Of a DNA stretch of 64,000 nucleotides, positions 1-11,634 are shown piece by piece. This DNA comes from Neocallimastix sp. 'constans' (taxonomy: Eukaryota): positions 124,001 to 188,000 of the forward strand of contig JBODTK010000100.1 of the NCBI GenBank assembly GCA_050613775.1, read 5' to 3'. The notes under the pieces are model-generated. The model was not told where the DNA came from and searched no databases. It saw only the letters and a list, made by a program, of their open reading frames with translations. Within the stretch, counting starts at the first letter, position 1. The number at the start of each line of letters is the position of its first letter. A program made the position numbers and the translations under genes.

Positions 1-802
1 TTAAATAATTAAATAATTAAATAAATAATAATAAATGATTAAATAAATAATAAATAAATAATAATATTTAAAATTTTTATTTTAATATATCTTTTTATAT
101 TAATTAATTAAAATTTTATTTATTTTTTTTTTTTTTAAATTTTATTTTTTTTATCACATTTTTTTAAAAAATAATGAAAAGATTTCATCTATTGATATAT
201 ATTAATATATATAATCAAATATATATTGATATGTATTCTTTGTACTTTCACATATATTAAATATATTCTTTTAATATATTTTAAATGTACTCTTTACTGA
301 TCTTTATGTATATATTATTTATTTATTTATTATTTATTTATTATTTATTTATTTATTATTTATTATTTATTTATTCAATTATTCAATTATTTATTTATTT
401 CTTTATTTTACATATTTACTTAATTGATTATATTGAATTTATATTGAATAGAGCATAGAATTAATGCTATTGCATTCACTCTTTTTTTTTTTTTTACTTA
501 CCATATGATTAGTAGTTTAAGTTGTGATGAAAATAGCTGGCTGTCTATTGCAACAATCTGTTGTATATTTGCTTAAATTTGTGGTGATGATTAATGGAAA
601 GCAAAAAAAAAAAAAAAAAAAAAAAAGTTGCCATATAGAGTCAACTTTTTTTTAAACTTTTTTATTTACTATTGAATAAAGATTATTTAATATATTATAT
701 GATAAATATTATATAAATTATATATATTATATATATTATGCAATATATTCCATATATTCCATATTAAATTTTAATTAAATTTATTTTTTAAAATAAAAAA
801 AT

Positions 803-861
<59 letters not shown>

Positions 862-2218
862 TTTTTTGATTATTTCCAAGTTTTCAATAGCAACTCTTTT
901 ATGAACAGAGCTTATAAAAACAGAAAAGAGAAAAGAGAAATATGTTTTTTTTTTTTTTTTTTATCATTTATGAATTGTTGAATTAGTTTATTAAGCAAAA
1001 AAGATAAAAAAAAAAAAAAAAAAAAAGAAAAAAGAAAAAGATTTTTTATACGAATTGATTTAATTAATAGTAAATATAACTTTTTTTTTTTTTTATATTT
1101 CAATAATGGTGATCAATATTTCAACTAAATTTGAATTAGAAATATTTATTATATATGTTTTATTATTTAATAATAAAGCATATAATAATTATTATTTATT
1201 ATTTAATCCATTAATTAATAATTATAATAGATAATTGATATATAAATTTTATATGGATTTAAAAAAATATATATATTATGTAATATATTATATATATATT
1301 TATTTATATTTATTAATTCTTATGTTTGATTTTATATTTTTTTTTTTTTATTCTTTGCTATAGCGTTATGTATAGTATAAACTTGATTTATTAGTGTAAT
1401 ATTAGTTGGAAATATCATTTGACTCTATTATGGTAACTTTGGTACTAAACTTTAAAGATATGCAATGAAGTACTTAAATGAATATAAAATATGTTTGTTT
1501 TGGTTGTTTGTTTTTTAGTTGTGTTTGAAGGCAAATGTTGATGCTGATGCTGAGGTTGATGATAAATGTTGACTGTATAGAAAAGTCTTTTTATTTATTT
1601 TTTTTTTTTAAAAAAAATAATAATAATAATAATAAATAAATAATTAAATATATAAATAAAATAATAATAATAATAATAATAAATAAATAATTAAATATAT
1701 AAATAAAATAATAATAATAATAATAAATAAATTATTTTTAATATATAAAATAAATATTCTCTTTTGCAAATCATTAAATCTGTTCTATTTTAAAATTTCA
1801 AAACAAAAAAATTTTTTTTTCTTTTTTAATAATTTAAATAAAACATAATAAACTATAAAAGCAGATCAGAAAAAACAAAACAAAAAAAAAACAAAAAAAA
1901 AAACAAAAACAAAAAAAAAACAAAACAAAACAAAAAAAAAAATATATATATATATATATGTAAAAAATAAAATATAATAAAATAAAATAAAATAATAAAA
2001 TAATAAAATAAAAATAAAAATAAAAATAAAATTTACCAAAATTTTAAATAATAATAATAATAATATTAAAATTTTAATTTTATTTAATATTTATTATTGA
2101 ATTTTTTTTTTTTTTTTAAACTCAAATCATTTAATTATGTACTAACTTCACATTAAATACTCATTTTATAATATTCTATTTTAATGGAAAATGTTACACG
2201 AACATAAACATAAACATT

Positions 2219-2670
2219 TGATATAGAATACAAATAAAAACTTTAATTAATATAAAAATTAATTTATTATAAACACATAAATATATTAAAAATTATGTTA
2301 ATTGCAAATTGGTAAATTATTATAATTGTGGCTAGTGAAAATATCATTAGAATTTAGGAAATTAATGATAACATAAAAATATGAAATTCATTGTGTATTA
2401 TTAATAATTTATTATATTAAATAACTTTTATTTTATTTCTAATATTTATTATATTTTATAACATTTAATTATGTATATATATTTTATTAAACTTTATATT
2501 TTATTATATGAAAACTTTATTATAAATTAGTATAAATGTAAATTATTTTATATTATGTAATTGTTAAGTTGTTAATTAACTAATTATTATTACTAAATAA
2601 ATAAAAATAAATATTAAAAAGAATATAATCGCTTCTCCCAAAAAGTGGAAATTAGAATCGAGTTATATCA
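2219..2670 (+). repeat. Gypsy 5' LTR
   Basis: Direct repeat of 8335-8786, no differences seen by eye; TG...CA termini. Confidence 0.96.
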
Positions 2671-2672
2671 AT

Positions 2673-2687
2673 TGGTGGCGATATCGG
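2673..2687 (+). promoter_or_regulatory. Primer binding site for a tRNA 3' end (tRNA not identified)
   Basis: TGGTGGCGATATCGG starts 2 nt after the LTR end; TGG is complementary to tRNA CCA. Confidence 0.8.
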
Positions 2688-2761
2688 TTCTTTTTGAGGA
2701 GGAAGGATATATTAAAATAAAGAATATTATTTTTTTTGATTTTATTGTAATAGTTGGTTAT

Positions 2762-2812
<51 letters not shown>

Positions 2813-2856
2813 TTTTTGAAGAAATTGAAGTTTAAGAATATTAATTATAAGTTAAA

Positions 2857-3666
2857 ATGGAAGAATTTATAAAAATGAACATGCTATCTAGCATGCTTCA
2901 AAACATTATCCACATCAACGACGAAAACCATGACGTCGAGACGTGGTATATTCAAATGAAAGCCTTCAAAGATATGCATAAAATATCTGAAGGCGAAGAG
3001 CTTTATAGATACTGTGCTATGACTGTGCAAGGTAAAGGTCTCAGGAGTATCACAGACAATATTATCAGAGTCAGTGACACAGAAATTTCTTATCCATGTT
3101 TAGAACAAATGAAAGAACATATTCTGAAAGCATACAATATGGACGTATCGCCGGAAGATATCATTGACCAGCTTAAAGACATGAAAATTTCAGTCGATGA
3201 TAATCTCAAGGAATTTAATTTAAAATATTTAGATCTTTATAACAAATTATCCATTTCAGAAAAATTAGCTATTACTTATAAAGACTACTTGAACTCTATT
3301 GAATACAAACATCAAGCGTATAAAGGTGTCTGGTTAGCTGGAAAAATGGAAATTCCAAAAGCCATGGAAATTGCCGAAAGACATGAAGATTTTGTTATTA
3401 AAAATAAACAAAAAATGGAAGTAAAAAGAAAATCTAACCCTAACCCTAATAATCAGAAAAATTTTAATAGTCAATATAAAACAAAAAATTTTTCTACGAA
3501 TCCATTGGAGACTAAACCAAAAATTAAAGTTAATGCTTGTTATTGTTGTGGAGATTCTGGACATTTTAAAGCTGAATGTCCTGAATTCATTAGACAAGAA
3601 TATTTAAGATATAAAGAATTAGTAGAAAAATTAGATCAAAATAAAAAGGATTCTTTAAACTTTTAA
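2857..3666 (+). CDS. gag: Gag with C-terminal CCHC zinc knuckle
   Basis: 269-aa ORF after the PBS containing CYCCGDSGHFKAEC (CX2CX4HX4C). Confidence 0.93.
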   Translation: MEEFIKMNMLSSMLQNIIHINDENHDVETWYIQMKAFKDMHKISEGEELYRYCAMTVQGKGLRSITDNIIRVSDTEISYPCLEQMKEHILKAYNMDVSPEDIIDQLKDMKISVDDNLKEFNLKYLDLYNKLSISEKLAITYKDYLNSIEYKHQAYKGVWLAGKMEIPKAMEIAERHEDFVIKNKQKMEVKRKSNPNPNNQKNFNSQYKTKNFSTNPLETKPKIKVNACYCCGDSGHFKAECPEFIRQEYLRYKELVEKLDQNKKDSLNF

Positions 3667-3706
3667 ATGAGAGTTCGCGACCTCTCGTTAATCAAAACGC
3701 TCGAAC
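3654..3706 (+). promoter_or_regulatory. Putative -1 ribosomal frameshift signal (slippery heptamer plus stem/pseudoknot)
   Basis: T TTA AAC at 3654-3660 is phased in the gag frame and pol is in the -1 frame. Stem AATGAGAG (3666-3673) / CTCTCGTT (3682-3689). Confidence 0.8.
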
Positions 3707-6700
3707 ATTTGTTGTAGACGCTACCAAAAGAAAAAGACTTCCCTTAGAAGATCAAGAAGAAATTTCAAACAAAAAATTAAATAGTAGACCATCTTCTCCT
3801 AACTTATTAAAGGAAATAGATAATAATAATTTGAATTCTGTAAAAGACCATAAAGAAATTAATAAAAATAATAATCAAAATTATATTAAAAGTTCCGATA
3901 GTGTCTATAAAAATTCAGTGTTTATAAATAATAATAATAAAAACGCGCCTTCAATAAACATTTCAAATGCTAAAAATAATAATGATAATATTATGGAAAT
4001 AAACAAAATAAATTCTAACTCCGAAATTATATCAAATGAAATGTCAGGTGACCATCAAAAGATTTCTGATTCAAATTTAAATACAAATATAAAGAAGGTT
4101 ACACAAAGCAAAAAGGTAACGTTTGTTGATGTTCCCCATGGTAATACTAGAGTGGAAAAACATATTAATATGGTTCAAAAATTAAATATTAAACCATATA
4201 ACTTAATTGAGGACATTGCGAATACCAAATGTAACATTAATATGGGACAACTTTTAGATTTGATTCCTAAAGCACGTAGTGACCTAACCAAAAGCCTTCG
4301 AGCAGATAAAGTTAAGTTAGTGAGTTCCATAGATTTTTCGGAGGAGGCCAATAAAACACCTAATAAGGATGGAATTATTAAAGATGAGGATATTGGACTA
4401 GTCAGTTGCAAGGTTGATAATACTTCAGGTAGACTTCTTATTGATTCTGGTAGTAATTTAAATCTAGTATCTACCTCTTATTTAAATAGTCTTCCAGGTC
4501 AATACGAACAAGTGGGTTACTGTCGTGGACGTATTTATGAAGCCTTAGGAGATAATACTGTGGCAGATACAATAGTTGTTCGTTTAACTTTACATATTAA
4601 TAATTTTTCTCTTACCGCTAATTTTTGTGTGGTAGAACATGATATTATGTACTTTGATTTGTTAATTGGTCTGAAAACTATATTTTCAAATTCTTTATTT
4701 ATCCACCCCTTATGTGCTACTCTTTGTCGATTCATAGATAAATCTAATTTTGAAACTATTGCGCCTCTTATTAAAGAACAAGATGATGATATAATTATTT
4801 GTTTTCTTAGATGTAAAAGACATGAAAAATTGATAAATACTTTTAGACTTGAAGAATTAAGTGATAATGATGAATTCACTCCTACATCAAATTCTTCAAA
4901 GAAAAATGATATTTTAAGTCCTAAAGAATACATAAATTCACCACAATTTCTTTTATCTTTAGACGAAGATTGTAAAAGTGATATAGTCAATCTATTAAAT
5001 TCATATATAGATATAGTTGCTACTTCATCCGATGATTTGACACCTTCAGATTTAGGTCCTCATCATATACAACTAGTGGAGGGAGCTAAACCTGTGAAAA
5101 GTAAATTTTATAAATTAAATAAGTTTAAATCAGATATTGTTAAAGAAGAAATTCTCAAACTTTGGGAAAATGGTTTAATTGCTCCTGCTAAATCTTCATG
5201 GTCTTCACCTATTGTACTAGCTCGTAAGAAAAACGGAAAATGGCGACTTTGTAGTGACTACAGGAAAGTTAACGATTTAACTGTCCCAGACGTATACTCG
5301 CTTCCAAATATAGAAGAAATATTCGATAGTCTGGCTGGTGCAATTATTTTCTCCACTCTAGATTTATTCTCAGGATATCATCAAATTTTAATGGCTGAGG
5401 ATTCCATCGATATTACTGGTTTCACTACAAAATTTGGTAATTTCGTATATAAAGTCATGCCATTTGGTCTCACCGGAGCCCCAGCGACTTTTCAAAGAGA
5501 AATGAATTCCATTCTTATAGAACTATTAGGAAAGTCTGTATTCGTTTTTCTTGATGATATTTTAATATTCTCTAAAAGTAAAGAAGAACACTTAACTCAC
5601 CTTGAACAAGTTTTTAGTATCTTCAGGAAACATAAAGTTAAACTTAATATAGGTAAATGTCACTTCTTTAAAGAAAAAGTAGAAGTTTTGGGCCATATGG
5701 TTACCAAAGACGGTTTAACTACAATGGAAAGTAAGGTTGAGGCTGTTAAAAACTGGAATCGCCCTAGCAATATCAACGAAGTTCGTTCATTCCTCGGTAC
5801 TGTTGGTTATTATAGAAAGTTTATTCCAAATTTTTCTAAGCTAGCTGCTCCCTTAACAATTCTTTTAAGAAAAAATTGTTCTTTCTTTTGGGGGGAAGAA
5901 CAGCAGTTAGCGTTTGATATTTTAAAATCTGCTTTAATCAACGCTCCGATATTAAGATTCCCGGACTACAGTAAACAATTTATAATACGAACTGATGCGT
6001 GCGCTGAAGGAATTGGAGGTGTTCTATTACAAAAGGACGAGGATGACGGAGTGGAATATCCTATTCATTATGTTAGTAGGACACTAACAAAGGCGGAGAG
6101 AAACTACAGCACTACAGACCTAGAAGGCACTGCTGTATATTATTGTGCTGAAAAATTTAAACCCTATATTTCTGGAAACATGTATGAAACTTTATTATAC
6201 ACTGATCATAAACCACTGGTGGGATTATTTAAAAACAAAGAACCCAATAATTTGCGTCATATTAGATGGTGCATATTAATAAGTATGTTAAAGATAAAAA
6301 TTTTATATGAATCAGGGAAAAAGAATTCTTTAGCGGATGCTCTATCCAGAATTAAAAGACTAAATGAGGATATAAACAAAACAGCTTATAAAATAATAAA
6401 TACCGAACCAGGACAAATGGAAGAAAATAAAAATAAAAATATAGAACAAAATCTAAAAGATAATATAGATATAAAAAGCAAAATAGAAGAGATCAATGAA
6501 TTAGACGAATCTAAAAAGATGGACTGTGATTCAAGAAAAGATAAAAATATTGCGATCAAAGAAAAAAATTTTTCTATTAAAAAAATTAAAAATTTTTCAG
6601 ACAAAATTTCAAAAATTTCTAAAATTTCAAAAAATAAAAATATGAGGGAAAATTATGGGTATATAGAAAATTTTCAGGATCCTAAAAAGAAAAATAGAAA

Positions 6701-8312
6701 CTTCGAAAATTTTTCGATTGGAGACAACCATGTTAATATACTAAATACTACTATTAATATATGTCCAAATGAATTAAATAATATAATTAATAATATATTA
6801 CAGGATAATGATAAAATATATAGTTGTATTAATCATAAAATACATATATTTGAAATAAATGTAAATAAATGTAATAAAGAAATAAATCAGTTGAATAGGT
6901 TAAAACAAATGGTACAAGATTATGTGAATAATAAACTGGATAATATAGAATCTTATATATTAGAATTTAATAAAAATAAATACAATGATGTTACTCCTTC
7001 TGAATTAAAGGATTATAAAGATAAACTTTACCAACAAAGGAATAACATATTAGAATACATTAATAATATAGAACAAAAGAAAATTAATGAAAATTATAAT
7101 TATAAAATATCCACGGTGAATATGGAGAATGAAGAGGAACAATCCAAATTAAATGTAACTGAATTTATGGAAAAGTTTTTAGAGGAAAATATTGTTGAAG
7201 AAAATGGAGAAAAATATATTATTGATAACGGTCAATATAGAAAAATCATAGAAAAAGAAGAAGATAAATTTAATTTAATTCTTAAAGCACACTCAATAGG
7301 CCATGAAGGATTTGAGAAAACATATGAGAGATTGAAGAGGACAAGTTATTGGAAGGGCATGACGAATGATATAAGAAGATTTCTAAAATTATGTACAACA
7401 TGCCAGTTAAAGAAAAAGAACGAAACACCGGACCCTACAGAAAAATATGCGACTCAAGTGGAAGCGCCGTTTACGCATCTTGGATTAGATATAATAGGTC
7501 CTCTGCCAATTACTGAACGTAATAATCAGTATATTATAGTAATTGTAGACTATTTCACTAAATGGGTTGAAGCAGAACCCACAGCAAATGTAACTGCAAA
7601 AGATGTAGTATATTTCTTAACCAAAGTTTTTGCTAGACATGGTACTCCAAGTGTGATAACTACGGATAATGGTACTCAATTCTCTGCTGATTTTACAAAA
7701 ATATTTTTGGATTTATATGATGTATATATCAGATTTATTACAACATATCATCCAGAATCTAATGGTCTGACTGAAAACAGAAATAGAGAAATTGGTAAGT
7801 TATTAAGACTTCTTGGAGCTAAAGAAGAAAATTGGGACTTAATTTTACCTTCTGCTCTTTGGGCTTTAAGGACTGCCAAAAATTCAGTAACGAAGTATTC
7901 TAGCTTTGAATTGCTTTATGGTCGAAAGGATTTACAACCATTTGAACTTGCTACCACGCTACCAACTTCAAATGTATTAGGATCCAAAGAAGAACAATTA
8001 ATTGAAAAATTTATCGACCATCACAAATGGATCTTAGATGCATGTGAAAATTTGAAGAAAAATAATCAATATTGGACTCAAAGAAAAGAACAAGAAACTC
8101 GTTTTAATAAACAAAATGAAATAAACGTTGGAGATCTAGTTAAAGTCAAAAATTTTACAAGACATAAGTTGGAACCTTATTTTGTCGGACCCTATAAAGT
8201 TATTAGGAAACAATTTAATACTGTTAGTTTAGAAGATCCTAATTTGAAATTAAAATTAGAACGTCCAGTGCATCTCAAAAATGTTATAAAATTTAATACA
8301 ACTATGGTATAG
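3654..8312 (+). CDS. pol: Pol polyprotein (protease, RT, RNase H, integrase), probably expressed by -1 frameshift from gag
   Basis: The frame is open from 3654; the ORF-track start at 3831 is a TTG. Motifs: LIDSGS (PR); LDLFSGYHQI, MPFGL, FLDDILI (RT); TDAC, YSTTDLE, TDHKPL, ADALSR (RH); H-GH-C-C, LDIIGP, TDNGTQF, HPESNGLTE (INT). Confidence 0.95.
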   Translation, partial: FKLLNESSRPLVNQNARTFVVDATKRKRLPLEDQEEISNKKLNSRPSSPNLLKEIDNNNLNSVKDHKEINKNNNQNYIKSSDSVYKNSVFINNNNKNAPSINISNAKNNNDNIMEINKINSNSEIISNEMSGDHQKISDSNLNTNIKKVTQSKKVTFVDVPHGNTRVEKHINMVQKLNIKPYNLIEDIANTKCNINMGQLLDLIPKARSDLTKSLRADKVKLVSSIDFSEEANKTPNKDGIIKDEDIGLVSCKVDNTSGRLLIDSGSNLNLVSTSYLNSLPGQYEQVGYCRGRIYEALGDNTVADTIVVRLTLHINNFSLTANFCVVEHDIMYFDLLIGLKTIFSNSLFIHPLCATLCRFIDKSNFETIAPLIKEQDDDIIICFLRCKRHEKLINTFRLEELSDNDEFTPTSNSSKKNDILSPKEYINSPQFLLSLDEDCKSDIVNLLNSYIDIVATSSDDLTPSDLGPHHIQLVEGAKPVKSKFYKLNKFKSDIVKEEILKLWENGLIAPAKSSWSSPIVLARKKNGKWRLCSDYRKVNDLTVPDVYSLPNIEEIFDSLAGAIIFSTLDLFSGYHQILMAEDSIDITGFTTKFGNFVYKVMPFGLTGAPATFQREMNSILIELLGKSVFVFLDDILIFSKSKEEHLTHLEQVFSIFRKHKVKLNIGKCHFFKEKVEVLGHMVTKDGLTTMESKVEAVKNWNRPSNINEVRSFLGTVGYYRKFIPNFSKLAAPLTILLRKNCSFFWGEEQQLAFDILKSALINAPILRFPDYSKQFIIRTDACAEGIGGVLLQKDEDDGVEYPIHYVSRTLTKAERNYSTTDLEGTAVYYCAEKFKPYISGNMYETLLYTDHKPLVGLFKNKEPNNLRHIRWCILISMLKIKILYESGKKNSLADALSRIKRLNEDINKTAYKIINTEPGQMEENKNKNIEQNLKDNIDIKSKIEEINELDESKKMDCDSRKDKNIAIKEKNFSIKKIKNFSDKISKISKISKNKNMRENYGYIENFQDPKKKNRNFENFSIGDNHVNILNTTINICPNELNNIINNILQDNDKIYSCINHKIHIFEINVNKCNKEINQLNRLKQMVQDYVNNKLDNIESYILEFNKNKYNDVTPSELKDYKDKLYQQRNNILEYINNIEQKKINENYNYKISTVNMENEEEQSKLNVTEFMEKFLEENIVEENGEKYIIDNGQYRKIIEKEEDKFNLILKAHSIGHEGFEKTYERLKRTSYWKGMTNDIRRFLKLCTTCQLKKKNETPDPTEKYATQVEAPFTHLGLDIIGPLPITERNNQYIIVIVDYFTKWVEAEPTANVTAKDVVYFLTKVFARHGTPSVITTDNGTQFSADFTKIFLDLYDVYIRFITTYHPESNGLTENRNREIGKLLRLLGAKEENWDLILPSALWALRTAKNSVTKYSSFELLYGRKDLQPFELATTLPTSNVLGSKEEQLIEKFIDHHKWILDACENLKKNNQYWTQRKEQETRFNKQNEINVGDLVKVKNFTRHKLEPYFVGPYKVIRKQFNTVSLEDPNLKLKLERPVHLKNVIKFNTTMV

Positions 8313-8320
8313 TTGTATCT

Positions 8321-8334
8321 AAAGGAGGGACGAA
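8321..8334 (+). promoter_or_regulatory. Polypurine tract
   Basis: AAAGGAGGGACGAA immediately before the 3' LTR. Confidence 0.85.
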
Positions 8335-8786
8335 TGATATAGAATACAAATAAAAACTTTAATTAATATAAAAATTAATTTATTATAAACACATAAATAT
8401 ATTAAAAATTATGTTAATTGCAAATTGGTAAATTATTATAATTGTGGCTAGTGAAAATATCATTAGAATTTAGGAAATTAATGATAACATAAAAATATGA
8501 AATTCATTGTGTATTATTAATAATTTATTATATTAAATAACTTTTATTTTATTTCTAATATTTATTATATTTTATAACATTTAATTATGTATATATATTT
8601 TATTAAACTTTATATTTTATTATATGAAAACTTTATTATAAATTAGTATAAATGTAAATTATTTTATATTATGTAATTGTTAAGTTGTTAATTAACTAAT
8701 TATTATTACTAAATAAATAAAAATAAATATTAAAAAGAATATAATCGCTTCTCCCAAAAAGTGGAAATTAGAATCGAGTTATATCA
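8335..8786 (+). repeat. Gypsy 3' LTR
   Basis: Direct repeat of 2219-2670. Confidence 0.96.
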
Positions 8787-8819
8787 CATTCAAATCATGG
8801 TCAACTAAATTTTTAATTA

Positions 8820-9457
8820 TTATTCAATTATTTATTATTTATTATTGATCATTAATTATTTAATTATTTATTAATAAATACTTTTTTCATTATTTATTAT
8901 TTATTATTTATTATTAATAAATACTTTTTTTATTATTTATTATTTATTATTAATAAATACTCTTATTATTTATTATTTATTATTAATAAATACTCTTATT
9001 ATTTATTATTTATTATTTATTATTTATTATTTATTATTTATTATTTATTATTTATTATTTGTTATTTATTATTTATTATTTATTATTTATTATTTATTAT
9101 TTATTATTTATTATTTAATTATTTATTATTTATTATTTATTATTTATTATTTACTATTTATTATTTATTATTTATTATTTATTATTTATTATTTATTATT
9201 TATTATTTATTATTTATTATTTATTATTTATTATTTATTATTTATTATTTATTATTAATAAATACTCTTTTTATTATTTATTATTTATTATTTATTATTT
9301 ATTATTTATTATTTAATTATTTAATTATTTAATTATTTAATTATTTATTATTTATTATTTATTATTTAATTATTTATTATTTATTATTAAATTATTTATT
9401 ATTTATTATTTATTTATTATTTATTATTTATTATTAAATTATTTAATTATTTAATTA
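8820..9457. repeat. (TATTTAT)n heptamer satellite, block 1
   Basis: Tandem TTATTTA units with recurrent TAATAAATACTCTT variants. Confidence 0.85.
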
Positions 9458-9660
9458 TGTTAGAATATGTGAAATATATGAAATAAGTGTCAAATGTATT
9501 TATAATGTATTGACACTTATTGTATTAAAGTAATGTATAAGCCACATATTATTCATATAAATACATGTAAACTTAGAATTATACTTTGAGTAATTTTTTT
9601 GTATAAAACATATTAATAAAGTAGACATAATCATTAATCATAAAATCCCAACAGTTAACC

Positions 9661-9674
9661 GATTAAGAGTCTCA
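9661..9674 (+). promoter_or_regulatory. Primer binding site complementary to tRNA-Lys(CUU) anticodon arm
   Basis: GATTAAGAGTCTCA abuts the LTR; its reverse complement TGAGACTCTTAATC matches the eukaryotic tRNA-Lys(CUU) anticodon stem-loop as I recall it. Confidence 0.75.
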
Positions 9675-11634
9675 GTTGCTCTTAATGAACTATCAGTTGC
9701 GCTCAATGGAATCTCTATGGAATTTCGAAAGAACTTGTAGCCCGTTATAAATCAGAAACAAGAATATCGAAAATTTGAGTAAAAAGCCGACATAATCTTA
9801 CCTTTAGAAAATGTGAAAATTGAGATCTTGAAATCTCGAAATTTCGAAATTTAAAATCTTGAAACTTACTACTTTCAATCATAATTAGAAGCTTTTAAAA
9901 AAAAAATGTTAAAACCATATTTACTTTATTTAATATAATCTATAATAATGAAAGGCAAGAATATGGAAGAAATAAGTAATCTGAATTTAAATTTGGAATT
10001 TAAAATTTTAAAATTTTTAAATTCTGATTCTACCATTAATATTTGCACATGCACTCCCCAATCCGTCAATAACTCCATCGTCTGAAATATATAATTATAG
10101 AGTCGGACAAAGGGATCTAACATTTGTAATTAAGATACAAAACAATGAAGTATTAAAAGTTCTTGGTTTTATTGGTTCTTTTTTTCGATGGGGGGGAACT
10201 ATATCTAAGGCTTTTCAACTATTAACACATAAAGATTCTATAATCTACGATTCTTTTGCAGTCATAGGATTCAAACACGTTTATTTTGAAATAGGTAGTG
10301 ATGTATTTAGTAATGATGTATATAGCGACGTATATGAATATACTGAATATGGCAATACATTAGGAGTTTTTAAATGGCTGAACGCTAAAGTATGGATCAA
10401 TGATAATGATTTCTTCAACTATGACTTAATTGATTGGAATGATCTTAAAAAATATCAAGGTTACAACTAAGATATTATCTGTTGAATTAAATGAAATGAT
10501 AAACAGAAAACAATTTCCTACTGAAGGATTTAAACTAATTCATATCTTCTAGAATGGAAAACATCAAAAAATATGATCTCTTTCGGAATAATTGCCATGA
10601 TTTTGTAAAAAACATTGTTTAGAGTTGGTTGGTTATCCAGATACAGATAAAGTTGTCACTTAAAAGTCCCCTATTGAAATTATTGTACAAGAGAAAATTG
10701 AAAAAAAAAAATTCATTGAGGAATGGTTTAATAACTTATTTGTGACCTTAAAAGATATAAAAATTATAACTTATATAATGCAGAAATTAGTAATACTCAA
10801 CATATAAATAATACCGTAATTAATTCTAATGACTTTAATGATGATTCAGAGGATTGTCATAGGTATTTTCATTTTAAATTTAATATAATATCATGATTTA
10901 ACTTAGCGTGAAATGAGCTAAATCATCGATAATACTAATTGGTGATGTAAGACCTTCATTGAAAGGGATCCATTTCCTATACATTAGACACCTCATATTA
11001 CCACTTAAAATAGTAAGTTTACACTTCCAGTTAATCTAGCGGATTTTCATGTTTAAATTTAAAATTAAATTGATTTTTTATATTTTATATAATTTAGAAT
11101 ACTTTCATTAATTGTATGGTGCAATTACTCTATTAACTATTGCAAACAATTTAAAATTTTCATTTACAAATCCTATATATTTATTTCAAAACATTTAGAT
11201 TTAAGGGGGAATAATGGTCACTGAAAATTTAAATTTATGCATATAACTAACCAGAAAAAGTATATCAAATTCTAGTTGATTATCTTCAACATATAAAGAT
11301 ATTATTCCAGTAAAATAAGAAAATTGATATATTCAAGAAATAGTTAAAGATTCAATATATGATAAGACTAATAATATTTCTTAAGATACAAAAATGACTA
11401 AATTATACATTTGTATATTAAAGAAGCCTAATAGCGAAAATTAGAAAAATTAACCTACAAGAAAAATTAGCTGAAATATGGAATCATAATCAATTATTGA
11501 ACAAATTTATATTATTTACTAAATAAGTTTAAATAAATAAAATAATATAATTAATTAATTATAAATGTAATTCAATTTTAATACCCCAAGATTATGATTT
11601 ACATCAGTATATAATAATTAACAATTTTAATTTA

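Larger units (their letters stand above)
2219..8786 (+). mobile_element. Full-length Ty3/Gypsy LTR retrotransposon, apparently intact
   Basis: Two 452-bp LTRs (2219-2670, 8335-8786) with TGATATA...TATATCA ends. 4-bp target duplication CATT (2215-2218, 8787-8790). PBS after the 5' LTR, PPT before the 3' LTR. gag then pol with domain order PR-RT-RH-INT. Confidence 0.97.

Noticed and set aside
495..605. Possible minus-strand exon ending in a GTAAGT donor, or a C/D snoRNA
   Set aside because: Stops in all three minus frames and no box D; could be a UTR exon but cannot be supported.
912..1103. Short F/K/I-rich ORFs (also 15530, 22074, 31593, 34809, 52717, 57012, 59513)
   Set aside because: Translations of homopolymer and low-complexity DNA.
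3334..6604. Minus-strand ORFs within gag/pol (3334, 4175, 4535, 6386), and similar ones at 21483, 25786, 43460, 48599 and 62602
   Set aside because: Antisense or alternate-frame shadows of real coding regions, with no motifs of their own.
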